Assembly (NCBI RefSeq): GCF_001194135.2
Contig: NC_068988.1
Span: 96,284,458 to 96,323,538, forward strand
Origin: Octopus bimaculoides
Lineage: Eukaryota
Length of the DNA stretch: 39,081 nucleotides
Direction of reading: 5' to 3'
Within the stretch, counting starts at the first letter, position 1, and every line of letters begins with the position of its first letter. The translations under genes were made by a program, and so were the position numbers. Positions 23,271-34,064 of this stretch are shown one piece after another. The notes beneath the pieces were generated by a model, which had not been told where the DNA came from, made no database searches, and was given only the letters and a program-made list of their open reading frames with translations.

Positions 23271-24232
23271 ATATAATATATGATATAATGTATATATGTG
23301 TATGTACTTATGCATGTATGTATATATATAATGTGAAAAATGTGTGCAGAAAGGGACGAAACCAGATATGTGTTAGGAAAATAAACAAAGCATAACTTGA
23401 GAAGGAAAGAAGAAAGTCGAGAAAAAGTCTTTCGGCGAGAGTTTAGAGAGAAATGAGGGAAAAACAATAACAATTAGAGGTAAAATAGACAAAAATGCAG
23501 TATATACAAAAAACAAATGCTAAACAAAAGAAAACTGATCCTTTCTCAGACGTCAAAAACATTTCGAACCCTAACTGACGTGACCCAAAAATGTTTTGCG
23601 GTGTTTAGTAGCTAAGACTAGAGGCTACAAGGGATAAGTATTATAGAAAAAGACGTAGACAGGAAACAAATAAAATATGCAAATAGTGTTTAGAGTGAAA
23701 AGCGACAAACAAGAGACGTGAATAGCCTTACGATTTAGACGAGACAAAAGTGTGGAAAACTTATCGCTGAGAAAAATATGGAGAATGTCTTTTGGTTGGT
23801 AGCGCAAAGAGGTGGGGATGAGGGGAATAAAACTGGAGAGTAAGACAGTAGAAGGAGAAAGACCAGATTGTGGAATCAAACAGGAAGTGGAGCGAGAGAG
23901 TGAAAGTGAGAGAGAGAGATGAACTATTTTGTGGGAAGACACATCAGAATTGACGGTCAGAAGTGGAGAGGGAAAGAGAGAGAGAGAGGGAGAGAGAGAG
24001 AGAGAGGGGAGGGAGAAAATACGGTTATAGAAAGCAAAACAAATGTTGTGAACAAAAAATACATGCACGTGCGATAACGAATAAATAATGCGAAAAATGT
24101 GTGCGAAAGGAAGGAAAAGACGAAAGCAGATATGAACTGGTAAAGTAAACAAACATAACTTAGATTTATAGCCCTACGAAAGACAATATATTCCAAGTTA
24201 TGCTTTCTAAAAGTGCAATATGATTGACTAAC

Positions 24233-24360
24233 CCATATAAAACAAAAAACATCCCTGCACTCATTGTATATAGGTATTAACATTTGAGATGAAGGATTAT
24301 TCAAATATTTTTGTGTTAGATGTTTGTCCAGATGAAATTTTTGAGATGGATTTAAAGACG
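24233..24360 (-). CDS. Candidate coding exon (128 nt, phase 1 to phase 0) of an unidentified gene
   Basis: Acceptor gtcttctttttgattgcctctgtag| and donor TGG|GTTAGT. The frame is open: SLNPSQKFHLDKHLTQKYLNNPSSQMLIPIYNECRDVFCFIW. It is phase-compatible with the donor at 24672. Confidence 0.4.
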
Positions 24361-24671
24361 CTACAGAGGCAATCAAAAAGAAGACTCACGGTTGAAAATA
24401 GGATCCAACATATTTAAACATGAAAATGGACGAAAGTAAACGGTAGACAAGATCGAATCTAGAAGAGGAAATGACAGACCAGAGCATATTTAGAAAATTG
24501 ATGGTAAGATTGTGTCTGCAGACACACGCTGACACGTCAGCAGGCAAACAGACAAACGAAAATATTCATGCAGATTCTTGTGTGTATGGTTTGAGGATAC
24601 CCCCCACCGTCTCTCTCCATCTCTTTCACCAGTTTCGAAGGCCCTGTGAAGGGCCATTGATTCTGCCTTAC

Positions 24672-24771
24672 CTTTTGAATAAAAGATAAAAGAATGAAGT
24701 GTCTTTCGAACTATTTCCACCTCCTCATCAATTAGCGTAGAATTCTTTTCTCCATTTATTTCTTTCACTAT
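24672..24771 (-). CDS. Candidate coding exon of the same unidentified gene (upstream boundary uncertain; frame open up to 24858)
   Basis: Strong donor AAG|GTAAGG, phase 1. Frame IVKEINGEKNSTLIDEEVEIVRKTLHSFIFYSK. A 311-nt intron separates it from the next candidate. Confidence 0.35.
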
Positions 24772-26139
24772 CTTGAAGAGGATGTATAACCGGTCTTTCG
24801 AATGACTTCGTGGCTTAAGTTGTCTCGGGACAGAGATGGGGTGTCTGCTCGACTTCCTTTAGCGTACAATTTATTTATTTTTTTTTAGAAGGGGAGGGGT
24901 CTTTTCTTTCTTTTACTCTTTTCACTGACTGGTGAAAATGAAAGGCAGAAAAAGTGATTGTCTATCCTTTAATGAACAGTAACTGGAATAATCTGAAGTC
25001 TTGAAGAATTGTTTGGATTCGCTTGTTTTTGTAGATCCTCCTCTACTACCATTTGTTGTTTCTTTGGCGCTCTCCTCGTGATCGTACATTGCTACATGGT
25101 AACGACGAATCATTGCCAATATCCTTCCTGGTTTTGCATCATTCCATGTATTGTGGTATTATTGAATAGGCAGTTGTGTGTCACACTAGCTTGGCTTGCT
25201 TTCTCACCCAGCCTGGAATATTGTTTAAAAAGCTCTTTCCTAATCGATGGATGAAATATTCTCATCGGTCAGGGATACCTCCAGTCGGTGCCATGAGAGG
25301 TAAGGAAAACTCCCGTCCTTCTGGTGAGTCAAAGATATGTAATCTTATTCCTTGTTTGCTGTTTACAAAATATATTAGAAAAGGTGACGTTTTCCTTAAT
25401 TGTGCATCTCCATCTTATAGGTGTTTTCTCATGCATATATAGCGTCTCTTTGTTGCTAGCAACAGTAAAGAATAAAACCGCGAAATACGAAGTAAAACGT
25501 TCAACTGTGCAGATGGAGGGCAGATTTTCTTTTGAACATACATTATTAGAAATTATAGCTTTTCCAAAATAACATAGATTAGGTTTTAATAATCTCTTAC
25601 CGTGCAGCACAGGCTTTTCTGTGTTAGTGGTGCAAAAAAAATATATGCTGAAACATATTGATAGCATGTGTGTATTGCTGGCTTTCCATTGAGATACACG
25701 CTTTCCGAGTTACACTCTCTTTTAACATTCCTGTGCAAAAATTCATATATAAGCGACAAGTGTTACGATCCACTTAAGTATTGCACTTCAATACAATTAA
25801 AATAGAAAATATACCCCAAAACCGATCTCTCAACAACAGCGATTTTTTCCATGATCTGTGCAGACATATGGATGACCAGAAAAGTCAGCTGCAGCACCAA
25901 TTGCTCTGTCTTTTAAGACTGTCATAAATATATTAAGTGGCGAATAGCCTTCAACAGATTCTGTCAAGCGTTCACACTGCCTTGGATTCAGTTTCGTGTA
26001 CAGTGCACATTCTCTTTTGAAAAGAATGGTAAATTTAAAGAACAGGAAGAAAGATATTTATGACCTATTACACGCGCGCACACATGTATATATATGTATA
26101 CACACGCACATATCCTATACATATATGCACATGTATGTA

Positions 26140-26199
26140 TATATCAATACATACGCACGCACGCGCGCGTGCACACACACACACACACACACACACACT

Positions 26200-26272
<73 letters not shown>
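26140..26272. repeat. (CA)n microsatellite with CG/TA lead-in
   Basis: Direct reading. Confidence 0.95.
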
Positions 26273-26274
<2 letters not shown>

Positions 26275-28850
26275 ATGTAAATGACAGAAAGAGGAAAAGA
26301 CAGAAGTGGGAAAGAGATTAAAATTGAAAACTGAAAGAAAATGCTGAAACATTTATATCAAGAAACAAGTGTTCTGTTAACAACACTAAGTGTTGTCTTA
26401 CAGCATTCTGAGAGTCTGCAGACATGATTCTAAGATAGCATTTAAGGAAGGTTTTATAATCGGTAAAACAAATGACATTGTTGCATCTTACATGGAAAGG
26501 AATTTTGCACAGTCGGCTGAAACCATTATACTGTGTGGTGAATATTGTTCCCTGTCATCTCGAGATTTCTTTAAACCCGATTACATTACTGGTGTATAGA
26601 CTGTATAAAATGAAATTAAATTTCTAATAACCTATGCCTGCAGTTTAGTTAAGTTTTATACTTCGTTCATATCGCAATATCCTCGTGGAAAAAAATACAA
26701 ATTCTGGTCATAGTCAATTAGAAGTCTGACTTGAAATGGACTTCGTTATTAAGTTGGCTTTTAAGTTCGTTTTTCGTGATCGTTGTACTGTGTGTATTTA
26801 AAAGCATTTCACTTCACTTTTATTCGCAGTAAGAAAAGAATAAACTTTATATTTTTCCAAACCTATTTTTAACATTCACAGCTATGAACCTAATCTAAAG
26901 AAATTAGTTTAAGGAAAAGTGAATAACCAAACAGCCATCGAGAATAAATGGTCGCATTGCAAAACTCCTAACAAACGAGGCATAACAGAAAATGGCTTTC
27001 AGTTTCTTTTCTTTTAGAAACGTTTGTTTTTGACTCCACAAATTTATTTGTTCGAAGTTTTCAGCGTTTTTACTGCACCATAGTTCTTCATGATTTCTGC
27101 TTCACTCTAACTCGATAGAATTTCTATTTTCGTGTTAGGATAAAGTTCCTTTACTATAATTAATCGTTACTCTAAAATGATTAATTAATGTTCTTTTTCC
27201 TGCATTTTATCAGCTCTTTTTTTTTAAAAAATCCATAAAAGTTTTCAGTTTCACTCCAAAATGTCTTAGTTTCAACTTAAAAACAATTACTTTTCCAATA
27301 AAGTCGTCTGATATTGATCCTTGTCCTCAATAACATAAGTTTCCTGTGTTTCCCCCCGCCCCATAATATCTTGCATTAGAACGGTGTTTCTATTGCAATA
27401 TTTTCATTTCTACAGCTCTGTCCTTCTCAAAACTTTCAGAGTCCCCCACAACGACATCGTTTATCAGGTTTTTTACTCATTATTGCAGCAGTCTTTATTT
27501 CCATTTTAGTTTTTCAACTTTTCTCTTCATCTTTCAACTGATTATGCTCATAGAGTTTTATGTTCAGAATTATTGACAAGTGGACTCTCAGCCATAGGTC
27601 GAGATAGAATTTTAGAAAATTAACCTGATATCGACAGCTTCAAGTGATTTCCCCTATCAAACCGGAAGCTATTAGTGGTCTGTTTATTTTGCTCATTTCT
27701 CTGCATCAGTGGCTTTGTTTGTGAGTTTCAACGATATTTTTGGCCATAACTAGGAAGTGCTGAAATCTTACCTCATTCAATTAGATCACTTTACAGAGAT
27801 AAACGATTCTGACTAAAAAAAAACAACAAAAAAAAACAAGACAAAGATCAAAATTATGATACGAATCTGATATATTGTAGATATTGACATGAAATGTTTA
27901 ATACATTCAGAGAAATAACATCTCCAAAACCATCAACAGCAAAACATCTTAGAAAGGTTTCTTCTTGTTTGTCGTTTTTCTCTTCTTCACAAGCAGAATC
28001 GCTCTTGATTACTTAACCCCAACCACATCAGCACTGAGATGTCATAATGGCTGAATGAGGAGCGGAAGAAGATGAATGTTTTGCCGGAAGTAGATACTTA
28101 TTTTGAAAATGTCACTGAGTGGCTCAACTTCATTTTGTTTCTTGATAAAGAAAATAAGACGAACTTGATCGAGACTTCAGTTTTTTTTTTAACTGCCTAA
28201 ATTAAAGAATTCTAAATAGAGAGAAAGAAAAAAACATACACAATTTCATGTGAAGTGGTTTACGGAAGTGACCACTGCTATAATCAGGAGAAGAACATAA
28301 AACTAGGCGTATTAAAAATATGAAACATAGAATGAGTCAGCGGCTAGGGTTTAAACTGGTGTTGATACTTGTTGGTAGTTTTTTAAAAACTTTTATTTGT
28401 CTTGTTTTTTTTTGTGGTATTATTTTCTCTTGACATATTTGTTCACCAGAAATAATATAATCTCTGTAACATAACTGAAGTGCACAACCACTCGCACGCC
28501 CCTCTGCGAATAAATCTCTCTCTCGTTCTATATATAGGTAACTGCATATGCACCATATAGGCACATGTCTGTATGTCGATATGCATATGTATATAAACAC
28601 ATATATACATTTATATATATGCATATGTACACATATGTATGTATATGTGTGTGTATATGAGTATGTGTGTGTGTGTGTGGGGGGTGGGTGGGTAAGTGAA
28701 ATTGAAGGTTTGAAAAAAAACGATATTTTACAGCTTGCTCATAGTGTATGGGTTCAAATCATCTGCAGGCTCTGAGATGTGTTTCAGTAGAAAACAGTTT
28801 CTTTTTCCGTTGCCTCAGTCCACTCATCTGTCAATAGTACGTATTATATT

Positions 28851-29066
28851 CAAGGCGGCGAGCTGGCAGAAACATTAGCACGGCAGACGAAATACTTAGT
28901 GGTATTTCGTCTATCTTTACGTTCTGAGTTCAAGTTCCGCCGAGGTCGACATTGCTTTTCATCCTTTCCGGGTCGATAAATTAAGTACCAGTTGCGTACT
29001 GAGGTTGATGTAATCGACTGGCCCCTCCCCCCAAATTTCGGGCCTTGTGCCTAGAGTAGAAAAGAA
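28851..29066 (+). mobile_element. Full-length SINE family A with a 13-bp target-site duplication (one mismatch)
   Basis: A-box-like TGGCAGAAAC, B-box-like GAGTTCAAGTTCC and an A-rich end. TACGTATTATATT lies at 28838-28850 and TACGTATTAAATT at 29067-29079. Confidence 0.92.
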
Positions 29067-29252
29067 TACGTATTAAATTTTTCTGGGGGGAAAAAGTCAA
29101 TAACTCTGATCATCTAAGGTATCTTTGTTGAATCTGAAATATTTACTCGACATCCGCTCTAAAATTAAATTATTCCCTTCCGGTTCCAATTCACAGTTTG
29201 TAGAAGTAGGCCATACAAAGACTGTGGGTATAGCACGTAGCTTGTATGTGGT

Positions 29253-29625
29253 ACTTGTTTCAGTCATTAGACTGCCACCATGCTGGGGCACCGGACGAAT
29301 CAACCTGACGACTTGTTTTTTTTGAAGCCTTGCACTTATTCTGTCGGGCTCTTTGCCGAAACACTAAGTTACTGGGACATAAACACACCAACACCGGTTG
29401 TCAAACTGTGGTGGGAGACAAACAGACACAACACACACACATGTACACACGCATTCATACAGACATGCACACACACATACGACGGGCTTCTTTCAGTTTC
29501 CACTCATAAGGCTTTAACCGGCCTGAGGCTAAAGTAAAAGACGGTTTGCCAAAGTTCCACGCAGTGAGACTGAACCCCAAATCATACGGTTTGGAAGCGA
29601 ACTTCTTACCACACAGCCACGCCTT
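29253..29625 (-). mobile_element. Full-length bipartite SINE: tRNA/CORE-like head (B), internal TG microsatellite, tail (E)
   Basis: On the minus strand, A-box TGGCTGTGTGG and B-box GGTTCAGTCTC, then a conserved body, (TG)n, and a tail ending ...atgactgaaacaagt. Confidence 0.85.
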
Positions 29626-29631
29626 AAACAA

Positions 29632-30391
29632 ATGTCTGTCTTTCTGTCCGTCTGTCCGTCCGTCCGTCCGTCCGTCCGTCTGTCCATCTGTCTGCCTGTC
29701 TGTCTGTCCGTCCGTCCGTCCGTCCGTCCGTCNNNNNNNNNNNNNNNNNNNNNNNNNNNNNNNNNNNNNNNNNNNNNNNNNNNNNNNNNNNNNNNNNNNN
29801 NNNNNNNNNNNNNNNNNNNNNNNNNNNNNNNNNNNNNNNNNNNNNNNNNNNNNNNNNNNNNNNNNNNNNNNNNNNNNNNNNNNNNNNNNNNNNNNNNNNN
29901 NNNNNNNNNNNNNNNNNNNNNNNNNNNNNNNNNNNNNNNNNNNNNNNNNNNNNNNNNNNNNNNNNNNNNNNNNNNNNNNNNNNNNNNNNNNNNNNNNNNN
30001 NNNNNNNNNNNNNNNNNNNNNNNNNNNNNNNNNNNNNNNNNNNNNNNNNNNNNNNNNNNNNNNNNNNNNNNNNNNNNNNNNNNNNNNNNNNNNNNNNNNN
30101 NNNNNNNNNNNNNNNNNNNNNNNNNNNNNNNNNNNNNNNNNNNNNNNNNNNNNNNNNNNNNNNNNNNNNNNNNNNNNNNNNNNNNNNNNNNNNNNNNNNN
30201 NNNNNNNNNNNNNNNNNNNNNNNNNNNNNNNNNNNNNNNNNNNNNNNNNNNNNNNNNNNNNNNNNNNNNNNNNNNNNNNNNNNNNNNNNNNNNNNNNNNN
30301 NNNNNNNNNNNNNNNNNNNNNNNNNNNNNNNNNNNNNNNNNNNNNNNNNNNNNNNNNNNNNNNNNNNNNNNNNNNNNNNNNNNGTCCGTCC

Positions 30392-30458
<67 letters not shown>

Positions 30459-30472
30459 CGTCCGTCCGTCCG
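29632..30472. repeat. (GTCC)n/(GTCT)n tetranucleotide array interrupted by an assembly gap (N 29733-30383)
   Basis: Direct reading. Confidence 0.95.
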
Positions 30473-30691
30473 ATGCGCGCAGAGTAACAAAACCATTCTG
30501 CATGCAATATTCCTGTACCGGAGATTTACTGATCCATGGAGATATATCAAACAATTGCTACACCGTGAAGGACGGATACGGCTATCAGCTAGACGCATTT
30601 TTAAGATCATCTAGTCAACTTCCTTTGGATGAGAAGGGTAGACAATCTGTTGGTTATAGGAAAAAAGGTTGTGTGGTGGACGCGATTGAAA

Positions 30692-30822
30692 GAGCTGTTT
30701 CAGTCATTTGACTGCGGCCATGTTGGAGCACTGCCTTTAGTCACTGACCCCAGGACTTATTCTTTGTAAGCCTAGTACTTATTCTATCGCCCTCTTTTGC
30801 CGAACCGCTAAGCTACAGGGAC
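30692..30822 (-). mobile_element. Isolated tail (E) of the bipartite SINE
   Basis: tttcagtcatttgactgcggccatgttggagcac...cttttgccgaaccgctaag matches 29255-29375 and 32200-32270. Confidence 0.8.
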
Positions 30823-30867
<45 letters not shown>

Positions 30868-30934
30868 AGAATATATATATATATATATATTTATGGAGAG
30901 AGAGAAGGGGAGAGGGTGGTGTCAAAGTAAGTAC

Positions 30935-31187
30935 TGTCTCGAGTGCCAGGACTTTTAGAGCCGGTTACTCGGTTTCCCCTGGCAAATAAATGATCGAAAT
31001 CACAATATTCTTGCTGAACGGGGCACCAATCTGTTGCAGGGTGACCTATTTACAGCTGAGTAGACTGGGGTAACATGAATTGAAGTGTTTTGCTAAAGAA
31101 CAGAACGCACAGCTTGGTCCAAGACTCGAAACCACGATCTGGTGATCGTAAACGCAGCATCCCAGATACTAGGCCACGCGTCCTCGA
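30935..31187 (-). mobile_element. tRNA-headed SINE, family D variant
   Basis: The minus strand reads gaggacgcgtggcctagtatctgg...ggtttcgagtc (A/B boxes) followed by gcgttctgttctttagcaaaacacttc, collinear with the 36195-36520 copy. Confidence 0.7.
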
Positions 31188-32190
31188 CGCTGATAAAGGT
31201 AGAGAAAATTAAGATCTTAGAAAATGGTAACTGTAGAAGCGCAGAGAAAATGCTTTATTCTAAACTATCGTTGTTGTTTGCGATAGATATATCAGACGGA
31301 GCTGTTTAAGGCTCCCTTCGGAATATCCATAAACAATGGTCTGCCAGTACAACATTTGGCAGTTTGACATGACAAATGTTAACTTTCGGCTCACATGAAA
31401 GTCGCACTTAAAAAAAATTGGAAGACCAAACGCGAAGAATAACAAAACAACATCTTTTATTGAGTTAAGTTTGTAAAACATAACTAGTTGGAAAGTTACT
31501 TGATAGCTTCATTCATCTGATGTCTTTCTTCTTTATACTCTAAAAGCTCTACTAAAGTCGGTTTAAAACCTACCGCAATCAATATTTACCGGGAATTGTT
31601 TTAGCATCTCAATTTCAGTCAGTTTATAAAAGATTTAAAAAAACTGACACCGATTTCAAATTTAATTTATAGTATTCGGTTGGTTTTTTTCTTTCAGGAG
31701 CAACATCATTCCGGCAATGTATCTACCCGAATTACCTGAATTCTTTCTATGTTTCTTCTACCCAAACTTTCTATAGGTGTAGATTTTAGAGGCTCTCTTG
31801 CTTCACATTTCCTAAATAAAAGCAACGAAAACACCTCGGTGTAAATACAAAGTTTACTACGTTAAAAATTAGGTCTCAGCAGCTCAGAATAAGCAAAACG
31901 TTGGACGGAAGTTATTGCAGATTTTTGCAAGAATGCAATTAAGCTTTTGCTAGCAGCTTTCTCAGAGCTTATTGAAGTAAAAGCTTGGAATGGTAAAGAA
32001 AGCAACCGTCTCAAGTATTTTCACTTGTCACAGGGAAACAACGTATCCTGGCGAGTAATAACAGCAACTTTGAAACCTCTCCACACAGTGAAGGCGAGAT
32101 ATTCAACTTGTATCATAATGATGTTCTACGAGAAAACCTCTGCATTCTCATTTGACATACCATGAATAGCAGTCAAATCTCTCTCGAATA

Positions 32191-32370
32191 AATCGACCGC
32201 AGGACTTATTCATTGTAAGCCAAGTACTTATTCTATCGCTGTCTTTTGCCGAACCGTTAGGTTACGGGGACATAAACACATCAACATCGGTTGTCACGCG
32301 ATGATGGTGGGCGGGACAAACCCAGACACACAAACATATACATGCATACATACATCCATGCATACATACA

Positions 32371-32420
<50 letters not shown>

Positions 32421-33038
32421 NNNNNNNNNNNNNNNNNNNNNNNNNNNNNNNNNNNNNNNNNNNNNNNNNNNNNNNNNNNNNNNNNNNNNNNNNNNNNNNN
32501 NNNNNNNNNNNNNNNNNNNNNNNNNNNNNNNNNNNNNNNNNNNNNNNNNNNNNNNNNNNNNNNNNNNNNNNNNNNNNNNNNNNNNNNNNNNNNNNNNNNN
32601 NNNNNNNNNNNNNNNNNNNNNNNNNNNNNNNNNNNNNNNNNNNNNNNNNNNNNNNNNNNNNNNNNNNNNNNNNNNNNNNNNNNNNNNNNNNNNNNNNNNN
32701 NNNNNNNNNNNNNNNNNNNNNNNNNNNNNNNNNNNNNNNNNNNNNNNNNNNNNNNNNNNNNNNNNNNNNNNNNNNNNNNNNNNNNNNNNNNNNNNNNNNN
32801 NNNNNNNNNNNTATATATATAAAGGAGACCACTAGGTGGACTATTAATGTGCTAGAAGGAGATCACACACATATATATATACGACAGGCCTCTTTCAGTT
32901 TCCGTCTACCAAATCCACTCACAAGGCTTTGGTCGGCCGAGGCTATAGTAGAAGACACTTGCTCATGATGGCACGCGGTGGGATTGAACCCAGGACCATG
33001 TGGTTTGTAAGCAAGTTACTTACCTCATAACCACTCCT
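32191..33038 (-). mobile_element. Bipartite SINE (B+E) whose internal microsatellite contains the assembly gap at 32421-32811
   Basis: The head at 32880-33038 and the tail at 32191-32330 have the same order and orientation as the 29253-29625 copy. Confidence 0.8.
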
Positions 33039-33099
33039 GATATATATGATAAAAATGATGGGATGGTTACGGTTGGAACGTCTTTGATCACACTGGAAC

Positions 33100-33990
33100 A
33101 CAAAATTGACAAATAACTAACGAGGATAACGCCAACAACAAGTACAACAATAACAAAAATAGAAGAAAAATACGGGGTGTAGAACAAAGACAACCTATTT
33201 TGCCATTGGTGTGAGCAATAAAAGTGAGGCAGGAGGAAGATAATACTGATACTGGATATAGATTACAAATTCTAAAAGGTTTAGCGATATCAGAGGAATA
33301 AAGAAGAGATATTGAGGAAATTTATTATATTAGAGGAGAAAAAACAGAAAAAAGGCAACGAGAACAAAATCCTGATATCCTAAAAAAAAAAAAAAGCTAA
33401 GAGAAAAGAAGATCTGTGACATGAATGAACTGCTTGTTCTAAGCCCGGAAGTGCACTGGTCATGGAAATATTAAGTGTTGAATTTGAAACTTGAACAAAA
33501 ACAACTGAAGTATAGTGAAAGATGAGACCAGAAGGACAAGCAGAAGACATAAAAAAAGAAACTTGTGACTTGGTTTCCCTAATTACACGAAAGAATATGA
33601 AAAACCGAAATTCATGAAGTATTAAAAACATAAACTGCGTCAAAATGAAAAGGCATAAAGACTATAAAAGAGTAAATAAAACAAGGAATCAAGGTAAATA
33701 GAAGGAAAAGAAAGTTGATGTCTGCAGCTGATAAAGCAGTATAAACAGAATAGAATGTTTATGAATAAGGAAATAAAATTCTATCAGGGACCGAAATGTG
33801 CTGAAGAACAACAAAATGGAAAGTGCCATATGTGAGTGAGAATGAAAACAACATTTGTCAGGCATTTGGAATAGAAAAACTGAAACATGAAAAAGGATCC
33901 AAACTGGATACAACAGTTGTGGATATAATCTTATAAAGCAAAATGTGAAAACGCTTAGATATTTATGAAAATATAAAATAACGAGGAAAT
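33100..33990 (+). mobile_element. Decayed R4/Dong-like non-LTR retrotransposon fragment (pre-RT region)
   Basis: The sense strand is A-rich. QYKQNRMFMNKEIKFYQG (from 33737) and SGIWNRKTET (near 33860) resemble YRQNRLFxNNQKxFYR and FWSGIW. The boundaries are approximate. Confidence 0.5.
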
Positions 33991-34064
33991 TAATGAAAAT
34001 ACCAAATTGGTCAGCTACGATTTTCTGGTTGGCACATGTCATAAATATGCGCTTTACTGGAAAA

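Noticed and set aside
24471-25572. Plus-strand three-exon model (24471-24503, 25212-25299/25323, 25460-25572)
   Set aside because: The phases can be made to fit, but the roughly 85-aa product has no recognisable features and conflicts with the better-signalled minus-strand model. It shows how easily such models arise by chance here.
30473-30711. About 80 open codons after the GTCT array (VTKPFCMQYSCTGDLLIHGD...)
   Set aside because: No convincing splice sites or recognisable motif; the frame ends inside a SINE tail.
31892-32165. About 90 open codons (KRWTEVIADFCKNAIK...), faintly integrase-like
   Set aside because: Only RWxExI matches; there are no catalytic motifs and no supporting fragments.
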